NCBI GenBank assembly: GCA_051942205.1
Contig: JAVECO010000016.1
Coordinates: 1-64,000 of the forward strand
Length of the DNA stretch: 64,000 nucleotides
From: Coniocarpon cinnabarinum
Lineage: Eukaryota
Direction of reading: 5' to 3'
Shown here: in pieces, positions 11,586 to 21,570 of the stretch
How positions within the stretch are numbered: the stretch's first letter is position 1
How the letters are laid out: each line of letters opens with the position of its first letter
Translations under genes and position numbers: made by a program
Notes under the pieces: model-generated
Told to the model about the DNA's origin: nothing
The model's input: only the letters and a program-made list of their open reading frames with translations
Database searches by the model: none

Positions 11586-13121
11586 ATGTGGTCTTCTTTG
11601 CTCATCCCAGCCCTGTGGGCATCGGGCGCTACTGCGCAGAAAGTAGTTGCGTTCGATACCTACAAGCAAGCAGCTCCCGTCAACCATGCAAGGCGTAGCA
11701 AACGCGCCACCATCACCGAGGCTCTGGGCAACGCCCAAGAGCTATACTTCGCCAATGTATCTGTAGGCTCCACGGGGCAGCTCTTACAACTGCAGATCGA
11801 TACCGGGTCCAGCGACGTATGGATGACGGATGTGCATGCCGACTACTGTCAAGAGAATGGTGGCTGCCAAGGTGGCGCCTTCGACCCCTCGAGAAGCTCT
11901 TCCTACCACGTGGTTGACCAAGGTGGCTTCTCGATTCAGTATGTCGATAATAGCTACTCACAGGGAGACTATTTCACGGATGATATCACCGTCGGAGGCG
12001 TCACCATCAATGGTCAAGAGATGGGTCTCGCGACTGATACGTCCATTGGCACCGGGATCTTAGGAGTGGGCTTCACTGCGGACGAATCAATTTGTGCACA
12101 GAATCAGGCCAGCCCTTCCAGCGGCAGTGGTCGCTGTCGAACATATCCTTCCATCATTGACTCAATGGTCAATCAGAGCAAGATCAACACTCCTGCGTAC
12201 AGCTTATGGCTCAATGACCTCGAAGCAAACACGGGCTCCATCTTATTTGGTGGTGTGGATACGGCACAATATTCTGGAGATCTCGTCACATTGCCCATCC
12301 TACGCGATGAAGACTCAGCAAGCTTCACCTCCTTCAGTGTAGCTTGGACAGGCTTCAGTATCGGCACGCCTAAGGGCGAGGAGACCAACTTTGTCCCGGC
12401 GAACTTTGCATACCAAGCCATCCTTGACAGTGGCACGTCCATTGCATTGTTCCCCGACGACCTTGCCAACCAGCTCTACACACAATATGGCGCTCAGTAC
12501 TCGGGCGAGATCGGAGCGTACGTCGCCCCGTGCTACTTGCAGACCGCTAACGCCACCCTCGACTTTCAATTCGGAGGCGCCGGCGGTCCAACGATCCGTG
12601 TGCCCGTCTCGGAGTTCTTGCTTGACCTAACTAAGCAAGGCCTGCCGTATGCACCGAAGTTCTCAAACGGTCACACAGCGTGCATGCTGGGATTTCAAGC
12701 AGCTCAAGGCCAGCCAATCCTACTGGGCGACACGTTCCTGCGAAGCGCCTACGTGGTGTATGACCTCGATAATCGAGAAATCTCCATCGCCGAGACTATG
12801 TTCAATTCCTCTTCTTCGAACGTGCAGGAAATACAACCTGGACCCAAAGGTGTGCCCAATGTTGCCAGCACCGCGTCGGCAGTCAGCATCTCTGCGACTG
12901 CGACGGGCCGTCAAGGCATCAATGTGGCGGCGACTAGCACTTTTGCCGGAGCTGCCGGAACGGCAACATTTGGTGCCAACGGAGAGCCACCTCTGGCCGC
13001 GTTCACCACGGCATCCTCTGGCGCTGCGATCACGGCACCGACTGGAAGTTACGAGAGCATGACTTTGATGAGCTTGGTTAGCATATTTGCAGTGATTGGA
13101 GCGAGTCTTGTGTGGGTATAG
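11586..13121 (+). CDS. Secreted, probably GPI-anchored aspartic protease (yapsin/OpsB-like, family A1)
   Basis: Signal peptide MWSSLLIPALWASGATA, dibasic RRSKR pro-site, catalytic DTGSS and DSGTS, ILLGDTFLRSAYVVYD, then a Ser/Thr/Ala-rich stalk and hydrophobic C-terminus. Confidence 0.92.
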   Translation: MWSSLLIPALWASGATAQKVVAFDTYKQAAPVNHARRSKRATITEALGNAQELYFANVSVGSTGQLLQLQIDTGSSDVWMTDVHADYCQENGGCQGGAFDPSRSSSYHVVDQGGFSIQYVDNSYSQGDYFTDDITVGGVTINGQEMGLATDTSIGTGILGVGFTADESICAQNQASPSSGSGRCRTYPSIIDSMVNQSKINTPAYSLWLNDLEANTGSILFGGVDTAQYSGDLVTLPILRDEDSASFTSFSVAWTGFSIGTPKGEETNFVPANFAYQAILDSGTSIALFPDDLANQLYTQYGAQYSGEIGAYVAPCYLQTANATLDFQFGGAGGPTIRVPVSEFLLDLTKQGLPYAPKFSNGHTACMLGFQAAQGQPILLGDTFLRSAYVVYDLDNREISIAETMFNSSSSNVQEIQPGPKGVPNVASTASAVSISATATGRQGINVAATSTFAGAAGTATFGANGEPPLAAFTTASSGAAITAPTGSYESMTLMSLVSIFAVIGASLVWV

Positions 13122-13468
13122 ATAGTTTGCACGAGCATTTGGAGTACCATTAGCAGATTCGTGTATAATATGTTGACGACGCCACGAAATACGTTATCCT
13201 GACCTGGTTCGAAAAGCAAAGTAAAGACATACCACTTAGCGTTTGATCTGGCTCAGTGTATATGTGAGATTTCAAACTCAAATGAGAACTCCTCTGATAT
13301 TGCGATTCACCGTGGTTCAAATTCGCACATCAAATCTAAGATATCGTGGCGGGATAGACAAGTCTTGGCTCTCTATAGTTACCGCTTCGGTGCAAAAACT
13401 CTAAGTTTGCTCAGTCCGTATTTTTACCAAAAAAAACAACAACGTCGTACTAATACATCGTACTAATA

Positions 13469-14983
13469 ATGCGCCCGAATCCCACTGCATCGGTCGCGTG
13501 CAGACTCGCGCTGAAGCAACATAGTAACCACTTGAGGTCACAAGCGGTGCTGAACGCCTGGTCCCCCTTCATACACCCAGTCGTCTCGACTCGTCACAGC
13601 TCCGCTACGAGCACACAAAGGAATACTTCAACGATAACTAGCAGGCTGAGGAGCCTTGCAGTTGGTGCCTCAGTAGCTGTGGGCACCGTTTTTGGGTATT
13701 TCTATATTACAGACACAAGATCCAGCATACATCGCTGGCTTGTAGTTCCTGCAATCCGCTACGTATACAAAGATGCTGAAGATGCACACCATGCCGGCGT
13801 CTCCATGCTCAAGTATCTATGTAGATTCAATCTGCAGCCACGCGAGCGCGAGGAGCGTCAGGATGGTAGCCTGGGCGTTCACGTCCTGGGGTATGATCTC
13901 ACATGTCCCGTTGGTACCTCTGCCGGCATAGACAAAGACGGCGACATTCCTTCCGCTCTCCTAGGTCTGGGTCCAGGCATCGTCGAGATTGGAGGTGTGA
14001 CGCCTCTACCCCAAGAAGGCAATCCAAAGCCTCGAGTATTCCGCATCCCTTCTCAAAATGCCCTTATCAACCGCTATGGTCTGAATTCTCGGGGAGCAGA
14101 CTATGTTGCAAACCAGTTACGACGGCGCCTCAAAGAGTTCTCGCATGCCCGTGGGCTTGGGCTCAGTGAAGATGCGGAGCAGAGGGTCCTCGATGGCGAG
14201 CTGGGAGTGCCAGGAGGCAGTCTTACGAGGGGCAAGCTACTCGCCGTGCAAGTTGCGAAGAACAAAAGCACCCCAGATGGAGACATTGATGCAGTGCGCG
14301 CTGACTACGTGACATGTGTGGAAAAGCTCGCCAGATACTCCGACATCATCACCGTGAATGTGTCCAGTCCAAACACGCCCGGTCTAAGAGGCCTGCAGCA
14401 ACAGGAACCTCTGAAGTACATCTTGAGTGGGGTCGTCAATGCCGCCCGCTCGACCAGACGAGCCTCGACGCCTGCTGTCATGGTCAAAGTCAGCCCGGAC
14501 GAAGACTCCGAGGAAGACGTGCGAGGCATCTGTCAAGCCGTTTGGGCGTCCGGCGTGGATGGCATCATCGTGGGCAACACCACGAAGAAGCGGCCAGACC
14601 CTGTTCCCGCGGGCTCTGTGCTTTCCACAGCCGAGTCCAAGATTGCGCTCGAGCAAGGTGGCTATTCGGGACCCCAACTGTTCGAACGCACTGTGGCGCT
14701 TGTGAGGCGATATCGAAGCATGCTCGATGCAGCATGGGAGGCGCATCCAGACAAACGATTGACTCGCAAGACCATCTTCGCGACGGGCGGAATCACCAAC
14801 GGGCAGCAAGCTCTGGAAGTGCTGGAAGCTGGAGCGAGTATTGCGCAAGTCTACACGGCTATGGTGTATGGCGGCGTGGGGACCATCGCGCGCATCAAGG
14901 ACGAAATGAGGACAGAGCTAGCTAAGCGAAAGGAGGGACACGATGGCAGTTTGACGCAGGGCCCGGACTTGAGCGTTAGATAA
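13469..14983 (+). CDS. URA9: Mitochondrial class 2 dihydroorotate dehydrogenase (quinone)
   Basis: N-terminal presequence plus TM segment. Motifs DAEDAHH, SAGIDK, PQEGNPKPRVFR, INRYGLNS, VNVSSPNTPGLR, KVSPD and GGYSGP. Confidence 0.96.
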   Translation: MRPNPTASVACRLALKQHSNHLRSQAVLNAWSPFIHPVVSTRHSSATSTQRNTSTITSRLRSLAVGASVAVGTVFGYFYITDTRSSIHRWLVVPAIRYVYKDAEDAHHAGVSMLKYLCRFNLQPREREERQDGSLGVHVLGYDLTCPVGTSAGIDKDGDIPSALLGLGPGIVEIGGVTPLPQEGNPKPRVFRIPSQNALINRYGLNSRGADYVANQLRRRLKEFSHARGLGLSEDAEQRVLDGELGVPGGSLTRGKLLAVQVAKNKSTPDGDIDAVRADYVTCVEKLARYSDIITVNVSSPNTPGLRGLQQQEPLKYILSGVVNAARSTRRASTPAVMVKVSPDEDSEEDVRGICQAVWASGVDGIIVGNTTKKRPDPVPAGSVLSTAESKIALEQGGYSGPQLFERTVALVRRYRSMLDAAWEAHPDKRLTRKTIFATGGITNGQQALEVLEAGASIAQVYTAMVYGGVGTIARIKDEMRTELAKRKEGHDGSLTQGPDLSVR

Positions 14984-15335
14984 GAGCGCACGTGAGCAGT
15001 AGAAGACGAGAGAGGCATGTAAAGATGGCGGTCGAGTCGTGTTGGGCAATGTGAAGCGGCATGTTTCCACTGTGTTGACGTGAACGAGGATACAGCTACA
15101 CCGAAGCTCCCAATGTCCAGTCTGCACGGTCAAGACGAGATGAAACCGACAAGAAGACCAAACATGAAAGAAGACGAAGCAGGCTCTTCCCCCACACGCC
15201 AACCGACGTCCCTGTTTCTGTGCCTGATGATCGCTGGAGCTGGCTAGGGGATGCAGGGAGGGCATAACCCTAAGCTCCTCCGGAATCCCGGTGCCCGCAT
15301 CGCCCCGCCAAGCGCCGATGCAGATGCAGCGCAGC

Positions 15336-15369
15336 GTGGAGCGGTGGAGGCTGGAGGTGAGATCTGGGG
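15336..15369 (+). promoter_or_regulatory. Cluster of four CreA/Mig1 consensus sites (SYGGRG)
   Basis: GTGGAG at 15336 and 15344, CTGGAG at 15351, CTGGGG at 15364, in the intergenic region upstream of creA. Confidence 0.3.
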
Positions 15370-18300
15370 AGAGGAAACCCGCTGCCCCGGATTGCGTGTC
15401 GCTTAGTCCCCTTTGGTCTCCCCCTGACACGTGAAGCCCGCCATTCCTTCCCCACAGACCTTTTTTATTTCGTTGGGACCTTCACATGTCACTCTCATTC
15501 CATCCCTCTGCTACCTTTTCCAGACGGCACTTGCACGGAGAAGCTGCGCGCGCGCTCTGCCGGAGCCTGCCGCGTGCTGTTGCTATCCTGCATCCCTGCG
15601 GAATACACATGCACTTTGGAGTCATCGATGCCGTGCAGGCTGAGCCAAGGCGAGCAGTGCGCAATGCGAAACCCATTGCGCGTCGTGCATGGATCCCTGA
15701 CACACCGCCGGCCCGGACGCGACATTCTCTCTAATGCGGCCATCTCGCCCGGCCACGCGTGACGCTGAGCTTTGTTGGGCGCATTCGTGCCGGGGAAGGA
15801 GGCCGGCCGGCGTCAAAAAGGGGTGCGAGCTGAGCACGCGGCTGAGGGAGAGGCAGGGAGGCTCCCCACACACCTGGCTTTCTCTCCGCGCGAATGGGGG
15901 AATTCCGGACCAGGGACATGCAACGCCCGTGCCCTGGATGAGGCCTCGGAGGAACGTTGAAACACGACGATGGGCGTCGTCGCAGCGCACGCACGTTTGC
16001 CTGGCGATCGTCTGCTACATGCGGACTCTGCGCCCGACACGCCGCGGGCGGTCTAATGGTTGGTCTCCCTGGGTCAAAAGATAGCAAGCAATGGGCATGA
16101 AAAAAGTCGCAGATCGGGTCGCTGGGCCAGATCATTGACACAACGGCTACCCCGGACTGCCTGAGTCGCCGTCGCACAGGTGGCTGCAGCACGCCCACGT
16201 GTTCGCCTAATCCACTCCCCATCGCACGCAAGCGTCCCTCCAGCTCTTAGCGTCCACATGAATGCGCAGACTGTGTGCGACGACTCAAGTGCCGTGGATC
16301 CTGTTCTGCATCGTGCACTCCACTACAAGCCTTCAGCACGTCTACGTGAGCGTCTGAATCGTGCAAGACAGCCGTTCGACCGTCTCAAAGGTCCTCGGGC
16401 CACTACGGTGGCCCAATGCCACACCCATCCTCTACCTCTGCCTAATCCAGATACCGCCATCACCCGATCTGGCTTTCTCCGCAGGTCGGCATGACCACAG
16501 CTGCCGGGCTGCGGTGGGTCCCCGGCCTCGAAACCCAGTGATCAGACCTGGAGCGGGACACGGGACGGACAAGGCCAATACAGCGGAAGCTTTATCTCCC
16601 AGGCAGCCCGACAGTGGCGCAGTGGGCGCGTGGGCCCATCTTGCACATTCCCCAGGGCGGCGAGGGGCCTAGAGCAGATGACCAGTGCGAGAAGAATGCA
16701 GAGATAGAGCTTGGTCGAATGAGTCGGGGCCCGGCCAGCGTTATCAGTGGAGGAATCGATGCAGAGAACAGGTGACCCCCGGGGGTCTCAGCGCTGGCAA
16801 ACCAGAGGCGCGACAGCAATCAAGCGTGGTGCACTCCACACGCGCTACATGGCACTACACCACATGGACAAGCGACGGGGCGTGCGGGAGTGGGAGGGGG
16901 TGGGGAATGCTTATCTGGGAACGGCGACAAGCACTCCGTAAGCAGCGGAGAGAGCATGGCAGCAGGGCCGCAGGGCAGCAGGGAGAGGTGAGCTGAGGGG
17001 CCAGAACTGCTGCATGGGGAGACAGAGAGAGAGAAGGGAGAGACGCATTATTTGGCACCAGGGGGCGATTGGCGCGCGTCAAGTGGTGTGCAAGGCGCAA
17101 GGAACGCGGGGAACTGTGCCAGGTGCCAGGGTGGACGGATGCAGCATGTACTGGGGGATGTCTCGATGTCACCGTGTACCGAGCTGTCGTGCTGTGTGTG
17201 CAGGTGTGTGTGCGGGTGTCTTATCGGGGCGCAGCGGCACAGGAGTGGAGTGGAGTGGAGTAGCGTCAGGTCGCTTTTCCACGAGGGTGACGGTGACGAT
17301 GATGCTGCAGCAGAGTGGGCGAGAGGGCGACGAGGCAAGGCGAGAGGCATTCATTTGAACAGCCAGCAGGATTGATTGCAGGACAGAGTGCAGGTCAGCA
17401 AACCACAGCCCACGGCGCACATGTCGCAGCACTCGCAGCAACTTCCAGCAATCCCACCACCACGACGTCGTCAGCCCCAAGAGCCCGCTGTCATTCTGCC
17501 CTTTTGCTGCCCTTTTTCTCCCCGGGCGCGCGCTCTTCTCCATTTCTGAAAAAAAAAAAATCAAAATTTCTGCCACGACCGCCTCTTTTCTTCCCTGCCG
17601 CCTTCCAACCGACTTGTTGCCAGGCTTCCCTTTTTCCACTCACCGCCTCGTGTCCTCATCCATCTGGCCTTTCTCACCGCCCCAAGCCTCTCCTCTCTCT
17701 CTCTCTTGCTGCCCGGAATCTGAAATTGTGCCTGGATTCTTCCAACCCTCGCTCAACCCTGTTCCTTCTTTTCCCCACACGCAACTCTCCGCTCCATCCT
17801 TATCCATCCTCTTCCCCTCCACCGCGTTGGGCAGTGTCGTGGCTGTTTTGAGTTTGGGCCCAGGCACACCGTACCACTCACCCACACGCCCCCCCCCCCA
17901 CGCTCACGCACTCTGAATCATCCGCCCGCAAATTCCTCTCGTCTCATCCCACGCCGCGCTTCCAGACACACACGATCTCGCGCGAACCTGGGCGATACGG
18001 GACTACGTACCCGATTCTCAGAGCCTCAATCACAGCCCCCCCTGGCCTCGGCAGCCTTCCCCGGCCTCCCACCGTTTGGCTCAGCGATCCCAGTGCTGGT
18101 GCTGGGCGCCTGTCGCCGGTCTCTGTCACAAGCCTGCCTGCCTGCCGGCTTGCCTGATTCTCCCACGGTCCGACTTTCACACTTTCACAAGCCAAACCCA
18201 GCTCTCATCCTGGCCAACTTACTGCAAAAATCAGTAATCAACTCGGACTGCTACCTCCTTCCTCTTCAAACTGACCAGTCGACATTTCTCATCACCACCT

Positions 18301-18425
18301 TTTTCCATCTGCTGCAGCAGTCCTCAATTTAACAGATTTCCCCAACAATCCCCCGACTTTTGACCGCCCGTGCGAGTTGCGTCATTGGGTTGTTAGATGA
18401 CGCGCCAAGCTGTTCTTATCTTCAC

Positions 18426-19964
18426 ATGTCACCCGACAACACTTTCTCCCAGCCTGTGAACGCTGCTCCCACCACGCACCTTCAACCACCTCTCGACCAC
18501 CACCCTCTCTCTGCCGGCACCTCCGCCATCTCGACACCCATTGACGGCACCTCCAGCTCCACCACCATGGCTGCCGCTGCCGTCGGCGCAGCACCCTCAG
18601 CTGTCCACGAAGCACAACAACCGCGCATCGACGAGACACGGCAAGATCTTCCACGACCCTACAAATGCCCCATGTGCGATAAGGCCTTCCACCGTCTCGA
18701 GCATCAAACCCGACACATTCGCACCCACACCGGCGAGAAACCGCACGCCTGTCAATTCCCCGGCTGCCAGAAACGCTTCTCGCGCTCGGACGAACTCACA
18801 CGACACTCGCGCATACACAGCAATCCGCACTCACGACGAGGCAAGGCCGCCAACAACGTCCACGCTGGTCTCGCGTACGCTGCCGGTCCGATTCCTGAGG
18901 GACACATGCAATATCTCGTCCCTGCTGTGCCGCAAGCTATTCAATACCCGAACACGGCTCCACCGTCGGGCATCGCCTCGCCCAACGTGTCACCACCCAA
19001 CTCATATGTTCCGTATCCTACACCGCCTTCGTACAACACGTCCACACCCTACAGCTCATACCCTCGCTCCGGTTACGAGTCCCCCCAGTATCAATACCCT
19101 GCGCCTCAACACGAACGCGGCATCAATCTCCTAGCGACGGCCGCCTCGCAAGTCGAAGTCGAGCGATCGCGTCAGCAGGCCTCCGCTGCACCTCCGCACT
19201 CGTTCCATCCCTCAAGACGTGGTCCACACCACCACACGCCACATCACCACCCATACAACCACGCCGGGCCCTCAACGGCAGGTCCCAGCGCTCGCCTCCC
19301 CTCCCTCTCCGCATACGCATACTCCTCCCATTCCATGTCCCGCTCCTCCTCTCAAGATGGCCATGACGATCCCTACGCGCATACTCTGCCACCCAAGCGC
19401 TCGAGACCACCCAGTCCACAATACACCAACCCGCATTCACCTGTCCTCCACGTAGGTTCCCGCACCTGCTCGCCGACGCCCGGTCACACGCCCGCCATCA
19501 CACCAGGCCACTCACCGAGATTACAAGCAGAAACGCTGCAGCTGCCAGGCATCAGAAGTCTCAACATAAGAGGCATGGGCCACAAACCTGATACGTTGGA
19601 GCCCGTCGCCGACGTCTCTCAGAATACGAGTTTGACCAATACAGTCGGGAGCAGCTACGGCGGGAGTCGTGTCGGCAGTCGAAGGGGAAGCGTCACGGGG
19701 AGTCCTGTTGAAAACATGATGGGTGAACGGAGTCGGAATGGGAGTGGGATGCGAATCACGGATATTGTGAATGCTGAAGACCGAAGATTGCCCGTGCCGA
19801 TGTCAGTGCCCGGGGATGCGGCGGGATCGGGATTGGGTGTGCAAAGTTCAGCGACAAGTGCGAACGTGAGTGGGACTACGACTCCGGCGAGAGGTGCCGG
19901 CGGCAGAGGCGTGAGTTGGATGTTGAATTCGGATGACTTCGGAGAAAAGATGGATGAGTCGTGA
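18426..19964 (+). CDS. creA: Carbon catabolite repressor CreA/Cre1 (two C2H2 zinc fingers)
   Basis: LPRPYKCPMCDKAFHRLEHQTRHIRTHTGEKPHACQFPGCQKRFSRSDELTRHSRIH, followed by RLPSLSAYA, HTPAITPGHSPRL and LPGIRSL. Start is either 18426 or 18567 (ACCACCATGG context). Confidence 0.96.
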   Translation: MSPDNTFSQPVNAAPTTHLQPPLDHHPLSAGTSAISTPIDGTSSSTTMAAAAVGAAPSAVHEAQQPRIDETRQDLPRPYKCPMCDKAFHRLEHQTRHIRTHTGEKPHACQFPGCQKRFSRSDELTRHSRIHSNPHSRRGKAANNVHAGLAYAAGPIPEGHMQYLVPAVPQAIQYPNTAPPSGIASPNVSPPNSYVPYPTPPSYNTSTPYSSYPRSGYESPQYQYPAPQHERGINLLATAASQVEVERSRQQASAAPPHSFHPSRRGPHHHTPHHHPYNHAGPSTAGPSARLPSLSAYAYSSHSMSRSSSQDGHDDPYAHTLPPKRSRPPSPQYTNPHSPVLHVGSRTCSPTPGHTPAITPGHSPRLQAETLQLPGIRSLNIRGMGHKPDTLEPVADVSQNTSLTNTVGSSYGGSRVGSRRGSVTGSPVENMMGERSRNGSGMRITDIVNAEDRRLPVPMSVPGDAAGSGLGVQSSATSANVSGTTTPARGAGGRGVSWMLNSDDFGEKMDES

Positions 19965-20544
19965 TTTTGCCCGGCCTCCCCTCACGCATGCAGGACAGAC
20001 GCAGCAACCACGTGCCAGTCCTCGACAGAAAGCCGGGATGAGAGAATCGACGGTGCGGCTGGTGACGAGCGCGAATCTGCGAACTGGTACCACATCAACC
20101 ATGAATCGCGATGTCGTTACTGGAGAGAGAAGAATCAACACCGTCCAAGAAAGTCAGTGGCCTGGAAGAAGAAGAAAATGAACGGCAAAGTGGATGTCAC
20201 GGTCATAGAACCGGGAAGAAGAGGAACGATAGGGAACGGGAAAATGACATGATACCAATAGATTCTGCTTTCAAGGATGACTTTAGAAGAATTGCTTTCG
20301 GTTGAGGAGGGTCAATTTAGCTCTGGGATTATTTGAGTGGTTTCGTGGTTTTATATCGTTAGCTGACTTGGTATTTGGAATTGGTAACTGGATGGGTAGA
20401 TAGATGGGCGGGTCTCGCTAATATTGATGACATTTTTCTGCTCTCACCCACTCTTTCGACTGCATGATCATTCTTCAAACCAGAAGTCATCACTTTCTTG
20501 ACTCCATACTCTTGAAACTTTGAGCATGTGCCAAAATGCTTGTT

Positions 20545-20760
20545 GGAGTACTCGTCTTCTATCCTGGTTAGAGTAGTTGTTTTCTATCCTTCTTAGAGTA
20601 CTCGTTTTCTATCCTTTTCAAAGTACTCGTCTGCTATCCTTATCAGAGTACTCGTCTTCCATCCGGATCAGAGAGTACTCGTCTTCCATCCTCATCAGAG
20701 TGCTCGTTTTCTATCCTTATCAGATCACTCGTCTGCTTTCATTATCAAAGTACTCGTCTG
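20545..20760. repeat. Minisatellite, about 8.5 copies of a 25-nt unit (consensus AGAGTACTCGTYTTCTATCCTTATC)
   Basis: Units start at 20545, 20570, 20595, 20620, 20645, 20672, 20697, 20722 and 20747. Confidence 0.92.
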
Positions 20761-20894
20761 ATCGTACACAAACTTCTTCTGCGACGAATCGGGCCAGATG
20801 TAATCGTACACAGTGAGTGAGGCGATGATCGCGTGACAATGGGTGAAACATCAGGAAGAGCCTGATCTGAGATCGACATGCATTCGACACAAAT

Positions 20895-21310
20895 TCGAGA
20901 CGAGATGAGAGGCGCGATTCGAGACTCGAGACTCGAGACTCGAGTTACGTAGTCACGTGAGATAAAAGACTCGACACAAAAGACTTGAGGTGAAAGACTC
21001 GAGATTCAGAGTCACGTGAAAGAATCGTGAAGAGAGGAGAGGAGAAAGTGAGACTCAAAGTCACGTGAAAGAATCGAGAAGAGAGGAAGAGGAGAAAGTG
21101 AGACTCGAAACGAGAGACGAGAGACGAGAAACAATCATGTGAGAGGAGAAGAGAGAGATGAGATAAATAGGCATGTGAGAGAGAAGAGAAAGACGAGATG
21201 AACAATCATGTGAGAGAGAAGAGAAAGACGAGATGAGCAGTCACGTGAGAGAGGAGAGTGTGTGTGACCCGAGACTCGTGACTGAGACGTGACGAGAGTA
21301 GAGAAGAGAG
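20895..21310. repeat. GA-rich degenerate repeat tract with AGTCACGTGA and (GAGACTC)n motifs
   Basis: (GAGACTC)x3 at 20921; AGTCACGTGA at 20951, 21010, 21059 and 21239; a ~48-nt direct repeat at 21010-21056 and 21059-21106; a CATGTGAGAGAGAAGAGAAAGACGAGATGA duplication. Confidence 0.85.
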
Positions 21311-21570
21311 GGTAGGCCTTCCAAGACAAGAGCAGAAAGCCTGAAGCAGTGGGAAGCACCGGAAGAGAGATGTTGAAGGCGCTTGTCCCGCGAAGAGTCG
21401 AAGCTTGTAGAGAGTCGGAGCATATAGAGAGTCAGGGCAATCGAACGCAGAAAAAGTCGTCAGGTGATCCAAACTTGTGACAAGTCAGAGCATCGTGGAG
21501 TACATTTTTGTCTTGGTCCTCAATACCAAACGTCGATCCAAGCTCAATACGCAAAAGCCTCCCTGTAGTC

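Noticed and set aside
13245..13330. tRNA-like A/B box motifs (TGGCTCAGTG, GGTTCAAAT)
   Set aside because: No cloverleaf or acceptor stem could be folded.
14990..18330. Many overlapping 60-180 aa ORFs upstream of creA (also at 4000-5500)
   Set aside because: GC-rich regulatory DNA with mostly non-ATG starts, low-complexity translations and no recognisable motifs.
20545..20760. CRISPR-like array
   Set aside because: Units are contiguous with only about 5 variable nt and no unique spacers; there are no cas genes and the context is eukaryotic.
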